A model generated the notes under the pieces. That model was not told the DNA's origin. It made no database searches and saw only the letters and a program-made list of their open reading frames with translations. From contig ONSD01000019.1 of assembly GCA_900320385.1 (NCBI GenBank), forward strand, positions 4,444-68,443: a stretch of DNA of 64,000 bases. Direction: 5' to 3'. Numbering within the stretch: position 1 is the first letter of the stretch; every line of letters begins with the position of its first letter. The translations under genes and the position numbers were made by a program. This DNA is from an uncultured Bacteroidales bacterium. Lineage in GTDB: Bacteria; Bacteroidota; Bacteroidia; Bacteroidales; UBA932. Below, piece by piece: positions 26,924 through 36,354 of the stretch.

Positions 26924-27991
26924 TTATTTCAACCTTATCCTGCGCCCTACCCGCAAAGTGGTCTTGGTGGTTATGTTGTTGAGCTTGCAGATGCTGGACA
27001 CCGACACTCCGTTTCGCTTTGCGATGGTGGACAGGTTGTCGCCTGACTTTATTGTATACCAGACTTCAGCAGCCTTGGCGGCAGCCTCCTCGGCGGCCTT
27101 CCTCTCGGCTTCGGCAGCGGCCACAGCCTCCTGCTCGGCAATCTCTTCGTCGGCGCGGAAGATTTCGTCATCTTCTTCTTCGCTTTCGGGAACGTACTTG
27201 TTCTGTGTCCCGAACTGGGTGCGCTTGAGGATGTAGACGCCGTGGCGTAGTATTCCCTTCTCGAAGTCGATTATCCACTGCGGATCGAACGCATAGCCCT
27301 CATAGCGGGTCTCGAAGTGCAGGTGTGGACCGGAAGCACGGCCTGTGGAGCCGCATGTGCCTATCACATCGCCCGCCTTCACCCAGTCGTTGGCCTTGAC
27401 CTTGCGCTCCGACATGTGGCCATAAATGGTTTCGAGGCCGTTCTCGTGCCTGATTACCACCACGTTGCCAAAGCCCCGGTGGAAAGTGGAAACACGCACC
27501 TTGCCGTCGAAGGCGGCATACAGTTCAGAGCCCCGGGGCATAGGTATGTCCACCCCGTTGTGGTTGCGGCCGTGCCTGCGTCCGAATGGGGAGAACACCT
27601 TGATCCCATATGGGCAGCAGAACTTGCTGGCGTCATCGGAGAGGACCAGCATTATCTTCAGCGGCAGGTCCGAAAGGGCCTGGGTATAAGGGATTATTGT
27701 CTCGTTGTTCCAGTAGCTGTGGAACACGGGGTTCTCGGAAGCGACGACCGGGTCCTTGGCGTATTCCCATGTGCCGTCGCTGTGAAGGACGACCTTGAGC
27801 ACCGGGTTCGAAGTCTCTATGGTATCACCCGGCGATTCCATCTCTCCGGGTATGAGCGAACGCACCGGGTCGAAAGCCGGGCGCGGCACCAGTATCTGTG
27901 CCTGTTTAAGGGTTATGGTCTTCTCCTGCCCGCACAGGATCACGGGCAGAAGAAGCAAGCTTAGGCTTATGGTTAAAGTACGGTTTTTCAT
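26924..27991 (-). CDS. M23 metallopeptidase with C-terminal LysM
   Basis: HNGVD, YGH, GPHLHFE; LysM YTIKSGDNLSTIAKRNG. Confidence 0.9.
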   Translation of the reverse strand: MKNRTLTISLSLLLLPVILCGQEKTITLKQAQILVPRPAFDPVRSLIPGEMESPGDTIETSNPVLKVVLHSDGTWEYAKDPVVASENPVFHSYWNNETIIPYTQALSDLPLKIMLVLSDDASKFCCPYGIKVFSPFGRRHGRNHNGVDIPMPRGSELYAAFDGKVRVSTFHRGFGNVVVIRHENGLETIYGHMSERKVKANDWVKAGDVIGTCGSTGRASGPHLHFETRYEGYAFDPQWIIDFEKGILRHGVYILKRTQFGTQNKYVPESEEEDDEIFRADEEIAEQEAVAAAEAERKAAEEAAAKAAEVWYTIKSGDNLSTIAKRNGVSVSSICKLNNITTKTTLRVGRRIRLK

Positions 27992-28025
27992 TTGACGGAC
28001 TTAGTACCCTCCAAATATCAGGCCG

Positions 28026-29393
28026 CTACGAACGCTTTCCGCCGAATTGTTTTTCGATGATCTCGGTCACTTCCGCTATCTTGCCCTGCATCAGCGAGTC
28101 GGTCGTCGCTTCGCAGATGAAGCGCAGGTAAGGCTCGGTATTGGACGGGCGGATGTTGAACCACCACTGCGGGAATTCCAGGCGGTAGCCGTCGAAGTCC
28201 ATCACGACATCGGGCTTTTCGGCAGACTCGAAATGGGCCTTTACGGCCTCCATGGCGCCCTTCTTGTCCTCGACCTTGAAATTCACCTCACCGGAATTGC
28301 GGTACTTGGTGAGCGAATCTATCTCGTCGCTGAAGCTGATGCCCTGCTTCTTGAGTGCGGACACTATGCGGAGCACTATGATGCTTGCCAGCATGCCGCT
28401 GTCGGAATAGAAGAAATCCTTGAAGTAATAATGCCCGGCGAGTTCTCCGCCCCAGAGGCCGTCGATTTCGCGGAGCTTGGGCGCTGCGAAGGCACGGCCC
28501 ACCTTCCAGGTGTGGAGGTCGGCGCCGTATCCCTGAAGGAATTCGCCCACTGCCTTGCTGGAACGGATTTCCTGGAGCACGCGGGGGTTCTTTTCGCCCC
28601 GTTCGCCGCAGAAATAGAGGGCCATCATGGCTATGATGAGGTCGGGCGCCACGAAGCGCGCCTTGTCGTCAACGAACATTACCCGGTCGGCATCGCCGTC
28701 GTAGATCACACCCACGTCGGCACCCGTCTTGGCCACGAGCTGCTTGAGCGGTTCCACATTCTTGGGAATCAGCGGGTTGGGTTCATGGTTGGGGAAACGG
28801 CCGTCGAGGGTGTCGAAAAGGTATTCGGCATCTTCTCCCGCATAGACTTCCTTGGCGAAGAGGTTGGCCATGCCGTTCGAGAGGTCGAAGGCTATCTTGA
28901 GATTGGAATAATCACCCTTGAACTGCATCAGGAACTTGATATAGTCGGCCTTGATGTCGATTTCAGTCACCTTGCCCTTCTTGGCTGCGGGCGGGGTGGG
29001 ACGGCCTTCGTCTATCCAGGCCTTGATCTGTCCCAGGCCGGTGTCGAGTCCGACCGGAAGGGCGTTCTCACGGGACACCTTCATTCCGTTGTACTCCGGC
29101 GGATTGTGCGATGCGGTTATCTGCACCGAGGCCTTGTAACCGTAGCGGGCGGTGCCGAAATATACCAGCGGAGTGCTGCTGAGTCCGATGTCGTCGACAT
29201 CGGCTCCGGCATCGGTCAGGCCCTCTATGAGGGCGTCGTGGATCTCCTGTCCGGAAACGCGGCAGTCGCGGCCCACCAGCACCTTGTCGGCGCCGAGCAG
29301 CCCGGGAAGGAAGTAACCCACCTTGTAGGCGGTCGTCTTATCGAAATCAACATTGTAGATTCCGCGGATGTCATATGCATGGAATGCTCCCAT
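28026..29393 (-). CDS. Phosphomannomutase/phosphoglucomutase
   Basis: YDIRG, TASHNP, DGDADR, GELAGHYYF, RPSNTEP. Confidence 0.93.
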   Translation of the reverse strand: MGAFHAYDIRGIYNVDFDKTTAYKVGYFLPGLLGADKVLVGRDCRVSGQEIHDALIEGLTDAGADVDDIGLSSTPLVYFGTARYGYKASVQITASHNPPEYNGMKVSRENALPVGLDTGLGQIKAWIDEGRPTPPAAKKGKVTEIDIKADYIKFLMQFKGDYSNLKIAFDLSNGMANLFAKEVYAGEDAEYLFDTLDGRFPNHEPNPLIPKNVEPLKQLVAKTGADVGVIYDGDADRVMFVDDKARFVAPDLIIAMMALYFCGERGEKNPRVLQEIRSSKAVGEFLQGYGADLHTWKVGRAFAAPKLREIDGLWGGELAGHYYFKDFFYSDSGMLASIIVLRIVSALKKQGISFSDEIDSLTKYRNSGEVNFKVEDKKGAMEAVKAHFESAEKPDVVMDFDGYRLEFPQWWFNIRPSNTEPYLRFICEATTDSLMQGKIAEVTEIIEKQFGGKRS

Positions 29394-29398
29394 ATCGG

Positions 29399-29956
29399 TT
29401 ATTTTTTAAGTGTTGACTTGTAATGCGTTGCAACCTTGCCGGCAGATATGCCCTGCAGCTTGCGGCCTATGAGCTTGCGGCGGATGGGGGCCACGAGGTC
29501 GGTGAAGAGCACACCGTCGAGATGGCTGAATTCGTGCTGGATCATCCTGGCGGCGAAATTGTCGAACTCCTCTTCCCTGGGCTGGAGGTCCCCGTCGTAG
29601 TAGCGTACCTTTATCTTCTTGGGCCTCAGCACGTCACAGTATATGCCGGGGACGCTGAGGCAGCCCTCGTTGTAGCTGACCTGTTCCTTGCTCTCCTCAA
29701 TGACCTCGGGATTCACGAAAGCCCTCTTGAAGCCCTTGAGATAAGGATATACGTCGGCCATGACGTCGCCGTCCACGACCACGACGCGGACGCTCTCCCC
29801 TATCTGGGGAGCCGCCAGCCCGCAGCCTTCGCTGGCCGCCAGCGTGTCCCAAAGGTCCTGGATCAACGCTGCTATTTCTTCTTTCTTCGAAAGTTCGGCG
29901 GGTACTGCCACTTCGCGCAGCACCTCCGATCCGTACAAATAAATCGGTCTGATCAT
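29399..29956 (-). CDS. def: Peptide deformylase
   Basis: GCGLAAPQIG, EGCLS, QHEFSH; start MIRPIY at 29956. Confidence 0.93.
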   Translation of the reverse strand: MIRPIYLYGSEVLREVAVPAELSKKEEIAALIQDLWDTLAASEGCGLAAPQIGESVRVVVVDGDVMADVYPYLKGFKRAFVNPEVIEESKEQVSYNEGCLSVPGIYCDVLRPKKIKVRYYDGDLQPREEEFDNFAARMIQHEFSHLDGVLFTDLVAPIRRKLIGRKLQGISAGKVATHYKSTLKK

Positions 29957-30375
29957 TTTTCCCTGTTCTGCCTGTCGAGGTATCCCTGCAAAATGATGGC
30001 CGCGCTTATCTTGTCGCACGACATCTTGTCGCGCCTGCGGCTCTTCTTCATCCCGCCGTCTATCATCGCCCTGTGGGCCAGCACTGTAGTGAAACGTTCA
30101 TCCTCGAGGGTGACGGGAACATCCGGGAACTTCCTGGCGAGCTGCTTCAGGAAGACATCCACGTCCTGCGCGGCCTCGGAAGGACGGCCGTCGAGATTCA
30201 TCGGATAACCCACCACGAAGCCGACAATGGTCTGTGAAGCGGCGTATTTTTGCAGATAATCTATTATCTTTGCAGTCTGCACGGTTTCCACCGGCGAGGC
30301 GAAGATGCCGAGAGGGTCGCTCACTGCGATTCCAACCCTGGCCCTGCCGTAGTCTATGCCGATGGTCCTGTCCAT
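29953..30375 (-). CDS. ruvX: RuvX/YqgF pre-16S rRNA nuclease
   Basis: GIDYG..RVGIAVSD, VVGYP, DERFTT, DKISAAIILQ; start ATG 30375 (or TTG 30381). Confidence 0.9.
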   Translation of the reverse strand: MDRTIGIDYGRARVGIAVSDPLGIFASPVETVQTAKIIDYLQKYAASQTIVGFVVGYPMNLDGRPSEAAQDVDVFLKQLARKFPDVPVTLEDERFTTVLAHRAMIDGGMKKSRRRDKMSCDKISAAIILQGYLDRQNREK

Positions 30376-30403
30376 ATTCAAATTGCAAATTTAAGAAAAA
30401 GGT

Positions 30404-31228
30404 ATGGGAAAAGAAAATTCCGGTCTGGGTAAGCCCTATCGTCTTTCGCTGGTGGAAGACGAATCGCACAAGCGCATCCGTTCCTGGCGTTTCACCAGGC
30501 TGGGAGGCATAGTGGGAGCCGTTACCGCCGTCGTGGTATCGTTCCTGCTGCTCTTCGCCCTCATAGCCCTCACCCCGCTCAAAAGCTGGGTACCGGGATA
30601 TCCCGACGCCCATTTCAAGCGCGATGCGATCGCCAATGCCATCAAGATAGATTCCCTCGAGAACGAGATGTTCCGCTGGAGTCTCTATGCAGAAAACCTC
30701 AGCCGCGTGCTTGCAGGAGAGGAGGGGCTCGGTGCCGACAGCCTCATCGCCGCCGGCACCCGCAGGTATCTCAGCGAACTTTCGGAAAGGGAACTCGCGC
30801 GAAGGGATTCGCTCCTTCGCATTGAAGTGCAGAATGCCCAGCAGGCCCCGTCACAGGACGGTTCAGGCCGGGTCCTGCCCATAGAGGGGATGCACTTCTT
30901 CTCTCCTGTGAAGGGCACGGTTACGGCCGGTTTCGACAAGGTTGCCCACCCGTCGGTGGAAATATCCGCTCCGGCCAATTCGGTGGTATGTGCTGTCCTG
31001 GACGGCACAGTGGTTTTCTCGGGATGGACCGACGACGGAGGCTACGCCATATGCATACAGCATCCGGGCAACATAATCTCCTGCTACCGCCACGGGCAGA
31101 AAGTGCTCAAGAACACCGCCGACAAAGTGACCGCCGGCACTCCGGTGGCGCTGGTGGGAGAGAATCTCCTCCTCGAAATCTGGTATAACGGCGAAGCCGT
31201 CGACCCTTCGAAATACTGTACGTTCTGA
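30404..31228 (+). CDS. M23-family protein with N-terminal TM anchor and degenerate zinc ligands
   Basis: SPVKG, AVLDGTVVFSGWT, GY.ICIQH, YRH, VDP. HxxxD is HPSVE and HxH is LLL. Confidence 0.8.
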   Translation: MGKENSGLGKPYRLSLVEDESHKRIRSWRFTRLGGIVGAVTAVVVSFLLLFALIALTPLKSWVPGYPDAHFKRDAIANAIKIDSLENEMFRWSLYAENLSRVLAGEEGLGADSLIAAGTRRYLSELSERELARRDSLLRIEVQNAQQAPSQDGSGRVLPIEGMHFFSPVKGTVTAGFDKVAHPSVEISAPANSVVCAVLDGTVVFSGWTDDGGYAICIQHPGNIISCYRHGQKVLKNTADKVTAGTPVALVGENLLLEIWYNGEAVDPSKYCTF

Positions 31229-32379
31229 TGGAAAAGCGCAGGATAACCATACTCGGCTCGACCGGTTCGATAGGAACCCAGACACTGGACGTGATACGGC
31301 GTCACCGCGACATGTTCGAAGTGGAGACCATCGCCGCCGGCAGCAACGCCGGCCTTCTCATCGAGCAGGCCCTGGAATTCGATGTGAACAATGCCGTGAT
31401 CGCCGATGAAGCGAAATACAAGACCGTAGCCGATGCACTGCAAGCCCGGGGCATAAAGGTGTTCACCGGCGAAGACAGCCTATGCTCCCTCGCGGCAGCG
31501 GATAACGTAGACATGGTAGTAGGCGCGATGGTGGGGTTCAGCGGGCTGAGGCCAGTCCTCGCGGCCCTCGACGCAGGCAAGGTGGTTGCCCTGGCCAACA
31601 AGGAGACCCTCGTCGCGGCAGGAGCCATAGTGACGGCTCACGCCCTCAGGCACGGCGGCCGCATCCTTCCCGTGGATTCGGAGCATTCAGCTATCTTCCA
31701 GTGCCTCCAGGGAGCCAACGGCAACCCGATAGAAAAAATCCATCTCACCGCATCCGGCGGGCCTTTCCGCAGCTGGGAAAGGGAAAGGATCGCCAAGGTT
31801 ACGGCTGCCGACGCCCTCAAGCATCCCAACTGGAACATGGGCGCAAAGGTGACGATAGATTCTTCCACCATGATGAACAAGGGTTTCGAGGTCATCGAGG
31901 CCCGCTGGCTCTTCGACGTCCAGCCCGAACGCATCAACGTGGTGGTGCACCCCGAATCCATAATCCACTCCATGGTCGAATTCGCCGACGGTGCCGTCAT
32001 AGCCCAGCTCGGCTGCCCGGACATGAGGCAGCCTATCGGCTTCGCCCTCAGCTACCCGGAGAGGGTGAGCGTCGGCAACAGGAAACTCGATTTCGCCGAA
32101 CTCGCTTCGCTCAGTTTCAGCAGCGCCGACACGGAGCGCTTCCCCTGCCTGGCCCTGGCCTACGAGGCCATACGGCGCGGCGGGAACATCCCCTGTGCCA
32201 TGAACGCGGCCAACGAAGTGGCCGTCGCAGCCTTCCTCCAAGGCAGGATAGGCTATTACGACATCGCGCGCATAGTTGAAGACGGCATATCAGGCGCAGA
32301 TTTTGCAGCGTCACCTTCGCTCGACGACATTTTCGCCACCAACGAGGCGGCGGCCGCCAGGGCGAGGAAACTGCTGTAA
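31228..32379 (+). CDS. dxr: 1-deoxy-D-xylulose-5-phosphate reductoisomerase
   Basis: LGSTGSIG, LANKE, PVDSEHSA, HPNWNMG, NKGFEVIEA. Confidence 0.96.
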   Translation: MEKRRITILGSTGSIGTQTLDVIRRHRDMFEVETIAAGSNAGLLIEQALEFDVNNAVIADEAKYKTVADALQARGIKVFTGEDSLCSLAAADNVDMVVGAMVGFSGLRPVLAALDAGKVVALANKETLVAAGAIVTAHALRHGGRILPVDSEHSAIFQCLQGANGNPIEKIHLTASGGPFRSWERERIAKVTAADALKHPNWNMGAKVTIDSSTMMNKGFEVIEARWLFDVQPERINVVVHPESIIHSMVEFADGAVIAQLGCPDMRQPIGFALSYPERVSVGNRKLDFAELASLSFSSADTERFPCLALAYEAIRRGGNIPCAMNAANEVAVAAFLQGRIGYYDIARIVEDGISGADFAASPSLDDIFATNEAAAARARKLL

Positions 32380-32382
32380 CAC

Positions 32383-33720
32383 ATGGCCGTATTGATGAAA
32401 ATCCTGCAAGTAGTACTTGCGCTTTCCATACTCATCGCCTTCCACGAATTGGGGCACTTCACATTCTCGAAGCTGTTCCGCATAAGGGTGGAGAAATTCT
32501 ACCTGTTCTTCGACCTGGGCGGCAAGTTCCTCTTCAGCACCAAAAAGAGCCGCTGGTTCACGCGTCTCTGCCCCAAAGCGCTCGACTGGGAAACCGAGTA
32601 CGGCATAGGCTGGCTGCCCCTCGGCGGCTATTGCAAGATAGCGGGCATGATAGATGAGAGCATGGACCTGGAGTCCATGAAGAAGGAACCCCGGCCATGG
32701 GAGCTCCGCAGCCATCCCAACTGGCAGAAACTGCTGGTGATGGCGGGAGGCGTGCTCTTCAACTTCATCCTGGCCATCGTGGTGTACATAGGCATCGTGG
32801 ACATCTGGGGACAGAGTTTCATTCCCAACAAGGGTTCGAAGATATATGTGAACGCCCTTGCCGAAGAGATGGGGTTCCGCAACGGCGACGAAATCCTGCG
32901 CTTCGACGATTACGCTCCCGAGGGCTTCGCCTCGCTGCAGGCCGACCTTGCAAGGCGCAACGTCCACAAGGCCACGGTATTGCGTGGTGCGGACACCGTA
33001 GACATATATATCGACCGCAACATGATAGGCGACGTGCTCAATTCGGAGCTCATGTTCGATCTGGCCGTGCCTTTCGAGATAGATTCCGTGGCTGCTGGCA
33101 GTCCCAACGGGGCCGTCCTTGTGCACGGTGACAGGATAACTGCCTTCGATTCGGTGCGGGTTGCCTACCTTCAGGATGCGCGGCCCGTCCTGGCCGGAAT
33201 GGCCGGCAGCAGCGTCACCGCCACAGTGGAGAGGGGCGGTGAGACCGTAGCCGTGCCCGTGGAGGTCGACAGCCTCGGAAGGATAGGGGTCTATATGAAG
33301 GCTCCGGAGATAATCAGGAAGGAATACAACTTCTGGCAGGCCGTGCCTGCCGGAATCAAACTCACCGGAGATATTCTCTCCGGATACCTGAAGGACCTCA
33401 GGCTCCTGGCGACACCGTCCAGCGGCGCATACAAGTCGGTGGGCAGTTTCATCGCCATCGGGCAGGTGTTCCCTGCGGCATGGGATTGGTATAGGTTCAT
33501 GTACATGCTTGCACTGCTTTCGGTGATGCTCGGCGTGATGAACCTCATCCCCATCCCGGGGCTCGACGGCGGGCACATCCTCTTCATACTCGTGGAGATG
33601 ATTAGCGGCCGCAAGCCTTCGGACAAGTTCATGGCCGTCATGCAGGGCATAGGCATGATACTGCTGCTGGCGCTGATGATGCTGGCCTTCGGCAACGACA
33701 TCGGAAGATTAATGCATTAA
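32383..33720 (+). CDS. rseP: RIP metalloprotease RseP
   Basis: HELGH, PLGGY, PDZ-like middle region, NLIPIPGLDGG. Confidence 0.93.
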   Translation: MAVLMKILQVVLALSILIAFHELGHFTFSKLFRIRVEKFYLFFDLGGKFLFSTKKSRWFTRLCPKALDWETEYGIGWLPLGGYCKIAGMIDESMDLESMKKEPRPWELRSHPNWQKLLVMAGGVLFNFILAIVVYIGIVDIWGQSFIPNKGSKIYVNALAEEMGFRNGDEILRFDDYAPEGFASLQADLARRNVHKATVLRGADTVDIYIDRNMIGDVLNSELMFDLAVPFEIDSVAAGSPNGAVLVHGDRITAFDSVRVAYLQDARPVLAGMAGSSVTATVERGGETVAVPVEVDSLGRIGVYMKAPEIIRKEYNFWQAVPAGIKLTGDILSGYLKDLRLLATPSSGAYKSVGSFIAIGQVFPAAWDWYRFMYMLALLSVMLGVMNLIPIPGLDGGHILFILVEMISGRKPSDKFMAVMQGIGMILLLALMMLAFGNDIGRLMH

Positions 33721-33724
33721 CGAT

Positions 33725-34732
33725 ATGAAAAAGATCCTCATCCTCCTCGCATTTGCGATTGCAGCCGTATCGTGCGGCAACAGGCACGCCTCCCTCCTGC
33801 CCAACATCAGCGGGAAGGCCGGCGAAATCATCGTAGTGATGGACAAGAACAACTGGGAAGGCCAGCTCGGGAACGACGTGCGCGCCCTCCTGGGTTCCGA
33901 CTGCCCCTATCTCCCCATCCGCGAACCCCTCTACTCCCTGGTGAACATCTCCCCGACCGCACTCGACAACCTGTTCAAGGTGCACCGCAACATAGTGTAC
34001 TTCGACATCGACCCCCAAGTTGCGGAAACCAAGGTTTCGTACCTCGCAAACCGCTGGGCCGCACCCCAGGCCCTGGTGTACATCTCGGCTCCCGACAGCC
34101 GCACCGCGGATTCCCTGCTGAACGCAGGCGCTTCCACCGTAGTGAACTACATCGAGCAGGCGGAGCGCGACAGGATCATCTCCAACAACCTGCACTATGA
34201 GGAGATAAGCCTCGCCCAGAGGGTGCAGGAAGTGTTCGGCGGCAGCCCTCACTTCCCTACCGGATACAAGCTCAAGAAAAGTTCCGACGACTTCATCTGG
34301 ATAGCCGACGAAAAGCAGTATACCATGCAGGGCGTTTTCGTGTACAGGTATCCGGCCGAAGGTGACGGGAGCTTCAGCCTCGAAAAGATAATAGCGCACC
34401 GCAACGAGACCCTCAAGGCCAATGTGCCCGGCATGTTCGAGAACACCTACATGACCACGGGAGACATCCCGGCTCCTTCGGTGGAATTCCTCAAATACAA
34501 GGGACGCGATTTCGCCCAGACCCGCGGCTGGTGGGAAGTCGAGAACGATTATATGGCCGGCCCGTTCGTGTCGCACAGCTTCTACAGTCCCGACGGCAAG
34601 GATATCATAGTTGCAGAGGCGTTCGTCTATGCCCCGAAGTACGATAAGCGTCAATACCTGCGCCAGGTAGAGTCCATACTGTACTCCTGGGAGTGGAAAA
34701 AGGCGGCATCTGAAGATAACTCAAAAAAATAG
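33725..34732 (+). CDS. DUF4837-like lipoprotein
   Basis: Lipobox AVSC; SGKAGEIIVV, RGWW..MAGPFVSH, EAFVYAP. Confidence 0.75.
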   Translation: MKKILILLAFAIAAVSCGNRHASLLPNISGKAGEIIVVMDKNNWEGQLGNDVRALLGSDCPYLPIREPLYSLVNISPTALDNLFKVHRNIVYFDIDPQVAETKVSYLANRWAAPQALVYISAPDSRTADSLLNAGASTVVNYIEQAERDRIISNNLHYEEISLAQRVQEVFGGSPHFPTGYKLKKSSDDFIWIADEKQYTMQGVFVYRYPAEGDGSFSLEKIIAHRNETLKANVPGMFENTYMTTGDIPAPSVEFLKYKGRDFAQTRGWWEVENDYMAGPFVSHSFYSPDGKDIIVAEAFVYAPKYDKRQYLRQVESILYSWEWKKAASEDNSKK

Positions 34733-34763
34733 TTTGAGATATCAAAAATAATTCCTACCTTTG
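34733..34763 (+). promoter_or_regulatory. Promoter for tRNA-Glu/rpsT
   Basis: TTTG (34733-34736), a 19-nt spacer, then TACCTTTG (34756-34763). Confidence 0.75.
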
Positions 34764-34779
34764 CAACCCTTATCGGAAT

Positions 34780-34851
34780 GGTGGGTTCGTATAACGGTTA
34801 GTACTCAGGATTTTCATTCCTGCAATAGGAGTTCGATTCTCCTACCCACTA
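34780..34851 (+). tRNA. tRNA-Glu (TTC)
   Basis: GGTGGGT/ACCCACT acceptor; CAGGA-TTTTCAT-TCCTG anticodon arm; AGGAG-TTCGATT-CTCCT T-arm. Confidence 0.93.
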
Positions 34852-34876
34852 CTGGAAAATATTAAAAAAGATAACA

Positions 34877-35131
34877 ATGGCAAACAACGCATCAGCAGAA
34901 AAAGCCAATCGCCAAAGCGAAAGGCGCAGATTGCATAACAGGTATTATGCAAGGACAACCCGCAACGCGATACGCGCTATCCGTACCACCACCGACAAGC
35001 AGGCTGCACAGGCAGAAGCTCCCAAGGTGTACGCAATGATAGACAAGCTCGCAAAGATCGGCCTCATCCACAAGAACAAGGCTTCCAACCTCAAGAGCGG
35101 CATCGCGGTTTACATCAACAAGTTGTCGTAA
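34877..35131 (+). CDS. rpsT: 30S ribosomal protein S20
   Basis: MAN..SA.K..RQ..RR..N, IDKLAK.GLIHKNKASNLKS. Confidence 0.96.
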   Translation: MANNASAEKANRQSERRRLHNRYYARTTRNAIRAIRTTTDKQAAQAEAPKVYAMIDKLAKIGLIHKNKASNLKSGIAVYINKLS

Positions 35132-35170
35132 GGAATCCAGGAAGGCGCGGTGAGAGCCGCGTCTTTCTTT

Positions 35171-35243
35171 CGGGATGTAGCGCAGTTGGTAGCGCACTAC
35201 GTTCGGGACGTAGGGGTCGCTCGTTCGAGTCGAGTCATCCCGA
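35171..35243 (+). tRNA. tRNA-Pro (CGG)
   Basis: CGGGATG/CATCCCG acceptor; CTACG-TTCGGGA-CGTAG anticodon arm; TTCGAGT T-loop. Confidence 0.95.
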
Positions 35244-35244
35244 C

Positions 35245-35277
35245 AAAAAAAAACCAGCCTGAGTGGCTGGTTTTTTT
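35245..35277. terminator. Bidirectional rho-independent terminator
   Basis: A9 CCAGCC tgagt GGCTGG T7. Confidence 0.85.
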
Positions 35278-35294
35278 GTTGTTGCTGCCGGATG

Positions 35295-36335
35295 CTACCA
35301 GCGGATGTAGGTCTGTAACCAGATCTCGTTGTAGTTCGGGGAAATAAGGGTAAGGTCGTTGTGATGACGGAACTCGAGCTGGAAGTTGAGGTTCTTGTGC
35401 AGACGGAAGTTGGCGGCAAGCGAATAGAGGTCGTGTGAGGTGTCGCTGTTCGCCTGGCTGCGGAACTCATCCCACTTTGCGTAGACCTTGAGCCAGTCAC
35501 GGACGGGGATACCCACTGTCACGTAGAATGCGTCGGATGCGCCGCTCTGTTCCTTCTCCCCTGCAACGGCAGTCGCGTACTCGGCGCGGACAGTCCAGTT
35601 GTCGCGGTCGTACTTGAGGCCTGCGCTCACGCGTTCACGCTTGAGTTCGGTCCCGACGCTGTTGGTCCAAGTTCCCTTCCAACCGAAAGCACCTACATAC
35701 AGGCCCTTGATGGGCTGGAACTGGAGGGTTCCGATAAGGTCCTTGGCCTTATTGGCATCGGTGGCATTTATGCCCTGGCCGTTGTAAACGCCAAGTTGAT
35801 AGTGGATCAGGCGATACTGGTCTTCTTCCATGGGGAACAGGTCACCCTGGACCTGAAGGCCCTGGTCGCGGCCGCCCATGTTGGCCTCACCGAGACGGTC
35901 GCCCATGCCGGCGAACTTCTGCACAAGCAGCGAGAAATCGCCTACGCCCACATCCCAGGGATTCATCGGGTTCTCGAAGGTGAAGGCCCTCTTGAACTGA
36001 CCCATCTTTACGGAGAACTCTTTGTATTTGGCCCACTCAATGTAGTAGTCCTTGACATGGGGAGTACCGCTTCCGGCCTGGAACTGTACGCGATAGTTGA
36101 AATCGCCGAAGATGCTGCCGTCGACGTATGCACGGATGAGCCTGAGGCCGAAGCCAGGGCCATCGTGTGCGCCTTCGCGGTCGCTGTATTTATAGGAGCC
36201 GATGATATAGGCCCCAACCTTGGGAGTGCTCATGAAGCCGGTCTGCTTGTAACCGTACTCCGGAGCAGCGTTTTCCTGTGCGAAGGCAGCGATGCCGAGG
36301 CAGAGTATGATCGCGCTGATAAATGCTTTTTTCAT
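35295..36335 (-). CDS. Porin (OprO/OprP phosphate-selective porin-like)
   Basis: Signal peptide MKKAF; GQFKRAFTFENP, GRDQG, GVYNGQGIN; terminal aromatic residue. Confidence 0.8.
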   Translation of the reverse strand: MKKAFISAIILCLGIAAFAQENAAPEYGYKQTGFMSTPKVGAYIIGSYKYSDREGAHDGPGFGLRLIRAYVDGSIFGDFNYRVQFQAGSGTPHVKDYYIEWAKYKEFSVKMGQFKRAFTFENPMNPWDVGVGDFSLLVQKFAGMGDRLGEANMGGRDQGLQVQGDLFPMEEDQYRLIHYQLGVYNGQGINATDANKAKDLIGTLQFQPIKGLYVGAFGWKGTWTNSVGTELKRERVSAGLKYDRDNWTVRAEYATAVAGEKEQSGASDAFYVTVGIPVRDWLKVYAKWDEFRSQANSDTSHDLYSLAANFRLHKNLNFQLEFRHHNDLTLISPNYNEIWLQTYIRW

Positions 36336-36354
36336 ATTAACTAAGGATGATACA

